Source: an uncultured Methylomirabilota bacterium (GTDB lineage: Bacteria > Methylomirabilota > Methylomirabilia > Methylomirabilales > 2-02-FULL-66-22). Taken from it: 64,000 nt of DNA. Each line of letters opens with the position of its first letter. The first letter of the stretch is position 1. Under the pieces are notes generated by a model. That model ran no database searches. It had not been told where the DNA came from and saw nothing but the letters and a program-made list of their open reading frames with translations. The translations under genes and the position numbers were made by a program. Of the stretch, positions 9,871 to 19,611 are shown in pieces. The DNA lies in the NCBI GenBank assembly GCA_963705305.1, contig OY970067.1, positions 1,280,001 through 1,344,000 on the forward strand. The letters run 5' to 3'.

Positions 9871-11390
9871 CCCTAATCTCCGGCTAAGCGGTGGCCAGCC
9901 GGGCGATCTTGCGCCGCGCCCGGACGAGCAAGGCGTGCTGCAGGGCGCCCGAGAGCCGCAAGAGCGTCCGTCGGGCATGCGCGACGACCTTCCCGACGGT
10001 GTTGAACAGCAGGAACCGGAGACGCTTCGGCCGGGCGGTCCGGAGATCTCCGGGTAAGGTCAACCGCTTGAGCGCGGTGAGCAGGTTGTAGGTGAGCACG
10101 TTCAGCCGGAACCAGGCGGCGTTCGCCCCGAACTTCCCACTGGGCAGCGCGGCGGCCGCCAGCTCGGTCTTGAGGACGTGATGGGTGTGCTCGATGGTCC
10201 CTGCTTTCTCCCGGTGCCACCGGAGGATCGTGAGCCCATCCTCCGGCCGATTGGTGACCACGGCGAAGTACTGCACGCTACTCCCGTCGGCGAAGAGGCT
10301 CCCCTGGCGTCGCTGGATACGCACCGCGAGGTAGCGGCGAACGCACGGCCGCGCCTTCCGGTGATCGCCATCCTCGGGGACGTAGGGGACTTCGGCCCAG
10401 GCCCGGATCGCCTCGGGCTCCTCCCGCTCGAGCTGCCAGGCGGCCGCGGGGAGGCGCCGGATCTCGGCCTGGAGCTGCGCGGACATATCGGCGCTAATCG
10501 CGTAGGCGATTTTCTTCTCCTCGCACCAGCGGAGGACCTCCGTCTCGTAGAGGGCGCTGTCGGCCCGCAGGGAGATGCGGTCCACGCCCTGGGGCAAGTT
10601 GGCCACCGCCTGTTCGAGGACGCGCACGTTGCCGCACCCGGCGGGCACCTGGCCATCGCGGAACTGGTCGTGCACGATGACATCGTGCTCGGCCCAGAGG
10701 ACCACGACGGGCTGGTAGCCCCGGGTCCCGTCGTAGGCCACGGTCGCCGCGTCCTTGTGGCTCTCGACGAGCGTCGCGTCCACATCCAGGGTGGCCGTCG
10801 CCGCCCGGGCCCCGCGCTGGACGCCCGCGACCAGCGTCCGGTTCGCCTGTCCGAGGCCCGCCAAGGGGGCGGACTCCAGGGGGACCGTGGCCGCGGGCCC
10901 GGCCACCCAGAGCGGCCCGTCCTCCACGTGGAAGGCCTCGAGGAAGTCCCGGACCGTGGTCGCGGCCGGCAGGGGGTAGCCGAGCAGCGTGGCCAGGGCC
11001 TGATCCTCCCGGAGCGTCGTGAGGTCCTGGCAGCGGTCCCCGCCGCTCGTCCACAACGCGACGAGACTCTCCACGAGCTGCGAGGGGGGTAATCCGCGCT
11101 GCCGCTGCTTGACCGCAACGTGGGTGTCGACGGCCTGGGCCACCCCGAGCTGGCGGAACAGCTCGATCACGAGCGGGACCCCGGCCCGGCCCGTGACCAG
11201 CGTGGGGTCGATCGCGTCATCGATCTCGAACGGCAACCGGGGCGAGGTGTCGGGCATCGCTCTCCTCCTTGTGGTGTTTGCACCCACTGGGTGAAACCAA
11301 GCAAGGCCGATGCCAACCCCGCGGGCCGCGCGCACTGCGGGCCGCTGCGTGATTCGCGATCCCCCTCAACTTCTTAGCCGGAGATTAGGG
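9871..11390 (-). mobile_element. IS1380-family insertion sequence
   Basis: Perfect 18-bp terminal inverted repeats ccctaatctccggctaag (9871-9888) / cttagccggagattaggg (11373-11390); cgcg duplicated in the flanks. Confidence 0.9.
9884..11257 (-). CDS. IS1380-family transposase
   Basis: TLDVDATL, GYQP, LRADSALY, AGTIEHTHHVLK, PSGKFGANAAW, RLRFLLF. Confidence 0.9.
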   Translation of the reverse strand: MPDTSPRLPFEIDDAIDPTLVTGRAGVPLVIELFRQLGVAQAVDTHVAVKQRQRGLPPSQLVESLVALWTSGGDRCQDLTTLREDQALATLLGYPLPAATTVRDFLEAFHVEDGPLWVAGPAATVPLESAPLAGLGQANRTLVAGVQRGARAATATLDVDATLVESHKDAATVAYDGTRGYQPVVVLWAEHDVIVHDQFRDGQVPAGCGNVRVLEQAVANLPQGVDRISLRADSALYETEVLRWCEEKKIAYAISADMSAQLQAEIRRLPAAAWQLEREEPEAIRAWAEVPYVPEDGDHRKARPCVRRYLAVRIQRRQGSLFADGSSVQYFAVVTNRPEDGLTILRWHREKAGTIEHTHHVLKTELAAAALPSGKFGANAAWFRLNVLTYNLLTALKRLTLPGDLRTARPKRLRFLLFNTVGKVVAHARRTLLRLSGALQHALLVRARRKIARLATA

Positions 11391-11397
11391 GCGCGCC

Positions 11398-12748
11398 TGT
11401 CTTTGCTCAGCAAACTTGTCCGCCCCTAACTGTTCAGCCATTCTGTCCGCTCTCTTACCCATGCAGAGGAGGACAGACGGCACTGACCCCAGAGGAAGGA
11501 CGCCGCTTGCATCTCCTCAATCTGCTCGAGCGGGGGCAGATCACAACCGCCCAGGCGGCCGAGGCGTTGGAGCTCACCCCCCGCCAGATCCGCCGGCTCC
11601 GAGGGACGCTCCGGCAGGCCGGCCCCGCCGGGCTCGCCCACCGGAGTCGGGAGCGACCGGCGCACCATCGTCTCGCCGCCCCGCTGCGCGCCCAGGTGGT
11701 CGCCCTCGCCCGGGGCCGGGACTGCGGGGCTCAACGATGTGCACCTCACCGAGAAGCTCACCACCCTCGAGGGGCTGCCCGTCAGCCGGGCGACGGTCCG
11801 CCGGCTCTTGCGGGCCGCCGGGGTCGCGTCCCCGCGCCGCCGCCGCCCACCCCTCCATCGCCGTCGCCGGGCCCGCCGGGCCCAGGCCGGGCTCCTGTGC
11901 CAGCTCGACGGCAGCCCCGACGCGTGGTTTGGCTCCGCCCAGCCCGTCTGCAGCCTCCTGGGGGCCATCGACGACGCGACAGGGACCCTCCTCGCGGCCA
12001 CCTTCCGGGCCCAGGAGGATGCGGCGGGCGCCCTGACCCTCCTCCGCACCCTCGGCCAGACGGTGGGGCTGCCGGCGGCCGTGGCCACCGACCAGCACGG
12101 GATCTTCCTCCGGAACGATGCCCACTGGACGCTCGCCGAGGAACTCCAGGGCCACCAGGACCCGACGCAGGTCGGCCCCGCGCTCGCCACGCTCGCGATT
12201 GCCCACCTCGTGGCCCAGAGCCCCCAAGCGAAGGGGCGGATCGAGCGGCTCTGGAACACCCTGCAGGACCGCCTGGTGGCGGAGCTCCGGCTCGCGGGGA
12301 TCACGACGCTCACGGCCGGGGCCACCTTCCTCGCCACCACGTTCCTGCCCGCTTTCACCGCCCAGTTCGCCGTCCCCCCCACGATGGCCGCGAGCGCGGA
12401 CCCGCCCGGCCCCCCGGGGCTGGGATCTGGCCCGCATCTGGGCGTTCCATTACGCGCGGGCCGTGGCCGGGGACAACACAATCCGCGTCGAGGAGGTCCG
12501 CCTCCAACTCCTGCCGGGGCCCGGGCGCCGCAGCTACGCGAAGGCCGCGGCCGATGTCGTCCAGTGCCTCGACGGGTCGTGGCGCGTCTACATCCGCGAC
12601 CGGCTCGTGGCCATCACCCCCGCACCGGCGGACCCTGGGCAATTGCGGGCGCGGCGGCGCCGGTGACGTCTCCGGTTCCCTGGCTCCGGCCCTCGGGGCA
12701 GACATTTTTGCTGACCAGTTAGGCGGACATTATCGCTGAGCAGCGACA
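11398..12748 (+). mobile_element. IS1202-like (ISNCY) insertion sequence with frameshifted transposase
   Basis: TGT...ACA ends with imperfect IRs (tgtctttgctcagc / gctgagcagcgaca); transposase pieces in three frames: HTH (AQAAEALELTPRQIRRL), GLLCQLDGS..AIDDATG, SPQAKGRIERLWNTLQDRL; 16-bp flanking duplication gacaacgtatcgcgcc. Confidence 0.85.
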
Positions 12749-12934
12749 GACAACGTATCGCGCCTGTAGTAGATGCTCAGTGAATTTGTCCTGTCCTTCC
12801 TGAATACTGGTAATTACTATCGCGGTTGATCTTTCCCACGATCTGCTGCAAGCTGCCCGCCTCTGATCATTCCCTCTTGGATGAATTTCGGGAGGGAGAT
12901 GTCTTACGATGGGTTAGAGGTGGTAAATTTCGGA

Positions 12935-13105
12935 GTGGCGGTTCCGGTGGCGGCTCGATAACAGTGCCAGAAATGCGTACTTCGTCATTGCCCGCGGACC
13001 GCATTCTGGCGGTTGTCAACCGCTAGGGCACTGTTTCTGACACTAGTAAATCGAGGAGTTGGGAGTCTTCTCGGGGCGGGGTGGCGGTTTCGGTGGCGGT
13101 TCGAT
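12935..13105. repeat. 25-bp imperfect direct repeat, each copy containing tandem GTGGCGG
   Basis: gtggcggttccggtggcggctcgat (12935-12959) vs gtggcggtttcggtggcggttcgat (13081-13105), 23/25 identical. Confidence 0.7.
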
Positions 13106-13120
13106 TCGCAGTCCGGGCGT

Positions 13121-13834
13121 CTACACCCCCGACACCCCCGCTTCCACCATCTGCCGGAGGCGCTTGAGAATGACCACCAGACGCGCCTGGCTCGCCGTAT
13201 CCGGGGGAAGATGGGCGGGGAGGGCTTCGACGAACAGAGGGGTTGCCAGGAGCGTTGCCAAACGCCTACCGAGGAATTGGCGAAGCTCGGGATTGGCCTG
13301 CGCAACCTCGTCAATGATCTCGGCCCGGCCATCGATGAGCGTAACAATGTCCTCAAGATCGCGGCTAGCGAGATAGTCCCCGCCACCGCGCCCGGCCAAA
13401 GCTTCCAGCTTCGTGGCCAGGAAGTATGGGGCCGTCACAGCACGGATCTGCTCGCCGCCCGGGAGGACGATCGCCTGTGCATTGATGAGGGCCGGCCGGT
13501 ACCACCGATTGCCGAAGCCCAACACACGCTCGTCCGTCGGCATGATATCGAGAATGATCTCCGACGCTCGCCACCGGCAGAGAGGGGCACTCGGCGTTCG
13601 GTCCTCAACGAAGCCGGCCGTCCGAAGCTCGCCTGCCAGCTGATAGTACTCCGCCAGCGACCCCACCTCGGTGATGACGTCGACATCCCGTGTGGGACGG
13701 ACCTCGGGAGCCGCCGGATCGGTCAGGAGGAGGGCTGTCGCGCAGCCGCCCAAAAAGACCATGCGATCAACAAGGGGTCCAAGGTGGGCCACAGCCCGGG
13801 CGATGAGGACCAGGTTCGGATCAGTCGGCCGCAT
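13121..13834 (-). CDS. Nucleotidyltransferase-fold protein (AbiEii-like putative toxin)
   Basis: VFLGGCA...RPTRDVDV (GG + DxD NTase motif), ATKLEA..GRG...SRDLEDI. Confidence 0.7.
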   Translation of the reverse strand: MRPTDPNLVLIARAVAHLGPLVDRMVFLGGCATALLLTDPAAPEVRPTRDVDVITEVGSLAEYYQLAGELRTAGFVEDRTPSAPLCRWRASEIILDIMPTDERVLGFGNRWYRPALINAQAIVLPGGEQIRAVTAPYFLATKLEALAGRGGGDYLASRDLEDIVTLIDGRAEIIDEVAQANPELRQFLGRRLATLLATPLFVEALPAHLPPDTASQARLVVILKRLRQMVEAGVSGV

Positions 13835-14351
13835 CTGAGGCCTGGAGTCGTTCCTCGAGGAGCCGCACGGCCAGCGCCCGCTCGCGGGCCCCGCTCCCGC
13901 GCACTGCGTCCACCAGCACCAGGAGCTCGTAGAGCTTCGGATCCTTGCGCGCCGCCCGGGGTGCCGCCTTGTACAGGGGGGAAAAGGCAAGCCCGCGCAC
14001 CTCACCCTCCGGGTCCGGCCACACCGGGGGGAGATCGCTCGACGGCGCCAGCTCGTCACGGAGCGGCGGCGCGGCGTAGGCGGTTGGCATTCCGCGAGTC
14101 GGCGCGCCGCGCTCGGGGACGAACGCATACTGCACGCCGTGAGTGAGAAACTCCTTGAGGGCGGAAGTGACGGGGGCGACAAGGTCGTCACGGGGCGTGG
14201 CGAGACGCGCCGCCACCGCCCGCTTCACCGCCGCATGGACTTCCGACGGACTCATGCCCAGGTCGGCAGCGAGCCCGTTGTAGCTCCATCGCGCTCGACC
14301 GAGCGAAACGAGCTTGAGGAGGACAAGCACGTCTTGCGGTTTGAGAACCAT
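13821..14351 (-). CDS. HTH protein, putative antitoxin partner of the nucleotidyltransferase
   Basis: MVLKPQDVLVLLKL..LAADLGMSPSEVH (HTH), EFLTHGVQYAF, TRGMPTA, LYELLVLVDAVRG; overlaps the downstream gene. Confidence 0.65.
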   Translation of the reverse strand: MVLKPQDVLVLLKLVSLGRARWSYNGLAADLGMSPSEVHAAVKRAVAARLATPRDDLVAPVTSALKEFLTHGVQYAFVPERGAPTRGMPTAYAAPPLRDELAPSSDLPPVWPDPEGEVRGLAFSPLYKAAPRAARKDPKLYELLVLVDAVRGSGARERALAVRLLEERLQASDAAD

Positions 14352-14939
14352 CGGGCTGTTCTCCATTCGCGAATAGAGAATACACCAGCCATGCTCTGAG
14401 GTGAACAGAAAAAGAGCGACCCGCCCAGGTAATTGCAAGATCCTCGACAGACCTACTGGATGGTGGCAGCGCGGGTGGCGGTCCATGAACTTCCCTCCTC
14501 TCAGACTATCAAACACCAATTGTTCCGATGACGTGAATGGATGTAATAACAGACAGTTGCCACATTGCGGTAGCAACGATAGCTGCCTTACTACGCCTAT
14601 ATCGTAACTGGACTGGTTTTCCCATCCATCCACTATGCTTGGGAGAAAACCGAAGGCTGAGGGTCTGAATCTTACTCGCGGACCCTGCGGGTTTCCAAGT
14701 TCCGCCTTGTTCTTCGCGTTAGCCTTTGTGCATACTTGTGTTGCCGGGGCAACAAAAGGCTGTCTTGCGGGCGCGCGTTGGCGCGTACCTCCGGCAACGA
14801 TCCGTCAGGATCTCAATTTGCATGGCGACCAGACCGGAGGGTCAGGGGATGAGCCGCAGTTGCTATGTTTCTACACAGTTGCCTTTGTGCTGGATGTCGC
14901 CAGTTGTGACGATATGCTTCCTCCTGCTATTCTATCGTC

Positions 14940-15437
14940 ATGCAGCACAAAGCGAAGCAGGAGTTGGCGATCTCCAAAGGGCAGGCAATGGGGCTCTGCT
15001 GGTTGCTGCAACAGCCCCTCGGATCGGGCGGGGAGGTCCTTGCGGGGCTCACGCGGACGCTGGCCTTTAGCAGGCCACTGAGCGGCACAGAATGGTCCGC
15101 GGTGCCACCCGCGGACCGGGAGCGGGAGACGCGGGCCTTTCACCAGCGGGTGCTGCGACTCTTCAGCAAGGGCATCCCGATTCGCTGCCCGGTCGTGGCG
15201 AGGGTGTCGCCCACCGCACGGGGGCTGAAGGTCGAACGGTTCCGGGACGCGAAGGCGCGGGATCAGGGGCTGCTGCAGCTGCTGGAGGCCCGAGGCAGCC
15301 GCCTGCGCCGATGCCGGCTCTGCGAGTCATGGTTCTGGCGGGAGCGCAAGCGCGAGTACTGCGAGCCCTGCTTTCAGTCGGGCACGGCTCGCAGCAAGGT
15401 CCACCGGGCGAAAGCGAAGGCGGCGCAGGCAGGCTGA
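14940..15437 (+). CDS. Hypothetical protein with C-terminal CGNR-like zinc finger
   Basis: RLRRCRLCESWF..REYCEPC..ARSKVHR; start uncertain. Confidence 0.5.
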   Translation: MQHKAKQELAISKGQAMGLCWLLQQPLGSGGEVLAGLTRTLAFSRPLSGTEWSAVPPADRERETRAFHQRVLRLFSKGIPIRCPVVARVSPTARGLKVERFRDAKARDQGLLQLLEARGSRLRRCRLCESWFWRERKREYCEPCFQSGTARSKVHRAKAKAAQAG

Positions 15438-15527
15438 GGCGAGACAATCTCCATGGCGCTGGGGAAAGGGGAGCGAATCTTTCCGCCGAGCGCCGTGGAG
15501 CAACGCAAGCGCCGGGCATAGCCCCCC

Positions 15528-16694
15528 TCACGCCATCTTCCTGCGCTGTCCCCGCTGCTTCTGACACGCCATGCAGAACGTCGCACCGGCGAAGAACCGC
15601 CGGGAGTACTCCGCAATGCGCTGGCTCACCTGGCTGCCACAGGAGCCGCAGCGCAGGGAAATCTCTGCCGGCTTGGCCGGAGCGGGGGGCTGGGGTGCGC
15701 TGGCAGTCTCGGCCTGGAGCATTGCCTCCGTTGTGGGCGTTGACGACTCGGGGATCCTCGGCTGGGTCTCGCCGGGAGTCGTCGCCGCTTTTGGGGCCGG
15801 CGCAGGGGGCGAAGTGACGCATTCGGGAAGCACGGCGCCTGTAGTGGCCGACTGCTCGTCCATGGTAAGAACACTGGACACGGTGCCGGCCGCGGGCGTG
15901 CTACCGGGGGCCCGGTTGGACGCGGCGGGGGCACCATGGATGATTGCATCGGGACTCACCGGGGCGAGAGTGTCCTCCGGCACGGCCACGTCGAAGGGAA
16001 TCGGCGGCGGCAGGGCCTTGTAGCGAACGATAGCCTCGGGGGACCCATCCCACTCGATCTGCAGGAGGTAGTGCGTCTTCTTCGTGCCCTCGCAGGAGAT
16101 GACGCAGGCTTCCCGGCGAATGGTGAGAGGGATGCCGCTGATCCGCCCGGCGGTATTCCGCAGATGGGCGAGGACCCCCAAGATGCGGGTGGCGTTGTGG
16201 ATGGAGCCCGTGTCAATCTGGTAGACCCCGGCGGCGTTCACCTTCGGGATGGAGAGCATGAGGTGTGCCTTGAGGCTACACTCCTTCGTCTGCAGCCGGT
16301 TGCAGGGGCAGGGCACCGTGACCTGGGTGTTGGGGGGATGGTTCCCCCGGATCGCGGCGCGCTGCTCCGGGTCGCAGTCGGCCCAGCGGCGGGTGGCCTG
16401 CTCGTTGTTCCCCTTGCAGCGGACGCCGCCCGCCCCGTACCACTTGAGCGAACAGTCGAAGACCCGGGTGAGGTCCTCGGTGGGGAAGTACACATCGGTG
16501 AGGGTGGTGGGGCTGTCGCCGAAGACGCGCTTGAGGTCCCCCCGCGTGTCGTCGAGGACGAACGTGTTGGTCTCGACGGGGCGGCTCTTGCCGGTGCTCG
16601 TGGGCGCCTTGACGCCCAGGCGGATCTTCCCGAGGCGGGGGAGGTGCGGGCGGAGCCCCTTGATCCCGGTGAAGTGACGCGGAAACGTCTGCAT
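15528..16694 (-). CDS. Phage gp3-like recombination protein (recombination directionality factor-like) with C-terminal Zn ribbon
   Basis: LPRLGKIRLG, CKGN, GVYQIDTGS, GRISGIPLTI; low-complexity linker; CGSCG...FCMACQ; RBS aaggag. Confidence 0.7.
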   Translation of the reverse strand: MQTFPRHFTGIKGLRPHLPRLGKIRLGVKAPTSTGKSRPVETNTFVLDDTRGDLKRVFGDSPTTLTDVYFPTEDLTRVFDCSLKWYGAGGVRCKGNNEQATRRWADCDPEQRAAIRGNHPPNTQVTVPCPCNRLQTKECSLKAHLMLSIPKVNAAGVYQIDTGSIHNATRILGVLAHLRNTAGRISGIPLTIRREACVISCEGTKKTHYLLQIEWDGSPEAIVRYKALPPPIPFDVAVPEDTLAPVSPDAIIHGAPAASNRAPGSTPAAGTVSSVLTMDEQSATTGAVLPECVTSPPAPAPKAATTPGETQPRIPESSTPTTEAMLQAETASAPQPPAPAKPAEISLRCGSCGSQVSQRIAEYSRRFFAGATFCMACQKQRGQRRKMA

Positions 16695-17028
16695 GGCGGA
16701 CTCCTTGCGGTGAGAGGGAGGTGGATTCCTCAGGGGCAATTGCTATTCCCTGGTTCTTGCGGTGGCGCGCAAGAACCACGAGTCAAACTTCTCAGGGGAA
16801 TCAATATCGCGCTCCCTTGGATTCACGCAGGGCGCGGGCGGTGCCCGAAACCCAAGGGTGGCAAGTTGGCAAGTTTGGTCGGGTGAAGGTTGATCGTCGA
16901 AGCGACGGCGGCCCGCCCCTGGACGCTCGAGGTCGGGGGAAGCTCTTGATCGGTCGCCTGCGGGGAGGTGCCCTGAGGGGCCCGGGCACCTGGCGCGATG
17001 AGACCCGCTTCTTCGCCGGGTGACGCCG

Positions 17029-18180
17029 TCAGGGGCTGGAAACCAGCTGGGGTGCGGGGGCGACCTTGACGGGATCGACCTTGAGGATCTCGACGGTCTT
17101 GGGGATCGTCGCTGCGCGGCGGATGGGGGCCGGGATGAGATCCTCGTTCAGGATCTCGCGGTGCTGGAGCACGACCTTGGCGACGTGGCCGCCGCCGAGG
17201 CCGCTCTTGGCGCCGGCGGCCTCCAGGGCGCCGAGGATCACGGGGCGGAGCCGCTTCGTGGTGGCCTCCGCCTGTGACTTCGCGCGGCTGGCCGTGTAGT
17301 AGTCGGCGAGGAGAGCGGCGAGTTCGTCGTCGAGTTTTGCGGACGGCGTGCGAGCCGCGACCTCCTGGTCGTAGGCGGCCCAGCACAATTTCCCCCAGCG
17401 GCAATAGCTGCAGCGCCACGAGTCGGCGCGGTAGGGACGGACCGGGAGGGTGCGGTGGGCGGCGTACGCCTCCACGGCCTCGAACTTGGCGACGGCCCCG
17501 GTGAAGACGCCGTCAAACACCTCGCCGGAGGCGTGGTAGGTCCCCTCGCTGGCGATGACCTCGAGGATGGTGACGCTGTCGCTGACGGCGTCGTACTGGA
17601 TCCGAAACTCGACGTACTGGGCGGTGTTCTTGTTCTTGATGAGCAGGATCGCCTCGCGAATGGCTTGCCTCGCCTGCTTGAGCCCGCGGAGGTAGCAGCA
17701 GCACTGAGCGACGTAGTCCATCGGGGGGACGCCCGCGAGGGCCTCCTGGAAGCTGAAGTGGTTGATCGCCTTCAGCTCCAGGAGGCGGGTGACGCCGAGG
17801 AGGTCATCGACGAGGGCGTCGATGTGGCCGTGCATGCGGTCGGGCGGGATGTATTCGCCGCAGACAGTGCAGATGAAGCCCTCGCCGATGGGGTGCGGGA
17901 GGAGGATGTCCACGGGGAACTGGCGACCATGGACGATGACGGCCGCCTTCTCCAGCCACTTGATGGTGAGATCCTCGTGGATCTTGCCGTCGTCGAAGAC
18001 CAAGAGAACCCGGCCCGGGAGGGGTGCGGCAGGCGTGTCGAGGCGGTGGTAGACCATCTGCCGGATGCACCGCCCCGGATTGTCGGGCCCGCTGGGACTG
18101 GCCATGGACGGACGCGGGTGGTACGGCTGCTCGTCGTCTTGGGTGGCCTGGGCGACTTTGTGGATGACATCGGCAAGCAT
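17029..18180 (-). CDS. Cas4-like PD-(D/E)xK exonuclease (phage type)
   Basis: RPS...CIRQ..Y, G.IHE, GHIDA...LLELK, Y.AQ...Y, CSYCRWGKLC (four-Cys Fe-S staple). Confidence 0.8.
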   Translation of the reverse strand: MLADVIHKVAQATQDDEQPYHPRPSMASPSGPDNPGRCIRQMVYHRLDTPAAPLPGRVLLVFDDGKIHEDLTIKWLEKAAVIVHGRQFPVDILLPHPIGEGFICTVCGEYIPPDRMHGHIDALVDDLLGVTRLLELKAINHFSFQEALAGVPPMDYVAQCCCYLRGLKQARQAIREAILLIKNKNTAQYVEFRIQYDAVSDSVTILEVIASEGTYHASGEVFDGVFTGAVAKFEAVEAYAAHRTLPVRPYRADSWRCSYCRWGKLCWAAYDQEVAARTPSAKLDDELAALLADYYTASRAKSQAEATTKRLRPVILGALEAAGAKSGLGGGHVAKVVLQHREILNEDLIPAPIRRAATIPKTVEILKVDPVKVAPAPQLVSSP

Positions 18181-18666
18181 ACAGGGCTCCTCGGTGAGGG
18201 GTTCACCGGGGACAGCGGCCATCCTATCGCGCGGCGGAGCCGCAGGGGATCGGGTAAGTTGTCGGAGTGCATAGGCGAGGTCCAAGCCGAGCCGACGAAT
18301 CTCTCCTAACATTGGATGTTTCGGAGGCGCGAACATACCCGACACGCCTAGACCAGTTACCAGCAATTACCGGCCGATGCCGGGGAGGACGGTACCACGA
18401 CTCGAACGGGCATTCCGGTTCTCGTGACCCTCCGATGATCCGCGGCCAATTGACCTCTCTGTCTCGCACGCGGACTTCACGAACTCCGTCCCGACCGCCA
18501 ACTGGACCAGCAAATGCGAAAACGCTCAACCAGCGTTGACGCTCCGAGGGTTCTCCTTTCGCCGTGCCCCACCTTGACTTTCCCCTGCGCAGTGATAGTG
18601 TTTCTCGTGAATCGCGCGAAGGCATGGCATCGTCCACAATATGTCAGGGCGAGTCGGGCGCTCGGG

Positions 18667-19461
18667 ATGGCGATCTCGGATAAGGCTCGGAAGATTCTCT
18701 GGGGGCGGTCAGGTAACCGGTGCGCAATGTGCCGGCGCGAGTTGGTCGTCGCCGCAACCTCTGCAGACGACGATTCCGTAGTCGGCGATGAGTGCCATAT
18801 CGTCTCCGCGGCCGGTCAGGGTCCACGGCACGATCCAGCGTTCCCGGAGAATTGCCTCGACGAACCTGCGAATCTGATCTTGCTCTGCCGCGTGCACCAC
18901 AAGATGGTGGACGATCAGCATGAGACCTACACGGCGGAAGTGCTTCGAACAATGAAGGCAAACCATGAAAGGTGGGTGGCGTCCACGCTGACCGAGGGAA
19001 AGGTCATAGCTCCGGTCCGCGTGCGGCGCTTGAAGGAGAATATCCCAAGCCATTTCGTGCGGCTCACATCGGGCCGGGATCTCTTTGCAGTTGTCGATGG
19101 CGCGTCCGGGTACGCTTTTCAGCACGACGAGCCAGCGTCGGAGGCAGAGGCACAACTTCTCGCCAGCTTCCTCCAGGAGATGCAAGACTACGGCGAATTA
19201 TCGAGTGACCTGGAAGCTGGAGACCGCGTCCAGGCAGCCTTCAGGTTGAGTGCTCTACTAGAGAACATCGAGCAGGCAGGCTTCTGGGTGTTCGGCGGAG
19301 GGGAGGTCCGGCGGCTTGAGGGCGGAGGCACCGCACCATCCCCATTTCCCGTCGCCATCCTCCAAGTGTTGCGCAAGGACAACCCTGAGATCCTCAGGGT
19401 GGATCTCAGGTCGGCGCCCGGTCAGGATCCCGAGGTGGTGCGGCATACGGTGCAGAGGTAA
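18667..19461 (+). CDS. HNH endonuclease
   Basis: KILWGRSGNRCAMC...ECHIV...GPR...NLILLCRVHHKMVD. Confidence 0.85.
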   Translation: MAISDKARKILWGRSGNRCAMCRRELVVAATSADDDSVVGDECHIVSAAGQGPRHDPAFPENCLDEPANLILLCRVHHKMVDDQHETYTAEVLRTMKANHERWVASTLTEGKVIAPVRVRRLKENIPSHFVRLTSGRDLFAVVDGASGYAFQHDEPASEAEAQLLASFLQEMQDYGELSSDLEAGDRVQAAFRLSALLENIEQAGFWVFGGGEVRRLEGGGTAPSPFPVAILQVLRKDNPEILRVDLRSAPGQDPEVVRHTVQR

Positions 19462-19611
19462 CGACTTGCAGGCGAGCCGCCTGCCTACAACTTAGCTACC
19501 GGCTTTGCTTGCCTCGTACAAGAGGCGTCTGATACAGGGAACGATGCCCGACAAGGCCGGCCCCGGCGGCGCGCCGGGCGGACCGACATTGCTTTCGAGA
19601 TGCATAACGCG

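Noticed and set aside
17029..18180. CRISPR-Cas locus suggested by the Cas4-like gene
   Set aside because: No cas1/cas2 and no repeat-spacer array seen; the context is phage-type recombination.
18300..18650. Possible attC-like site before the HNH gene (tcctaac...gtcaggg)
   Set aside because: Too long, with no convincing complementary arms.
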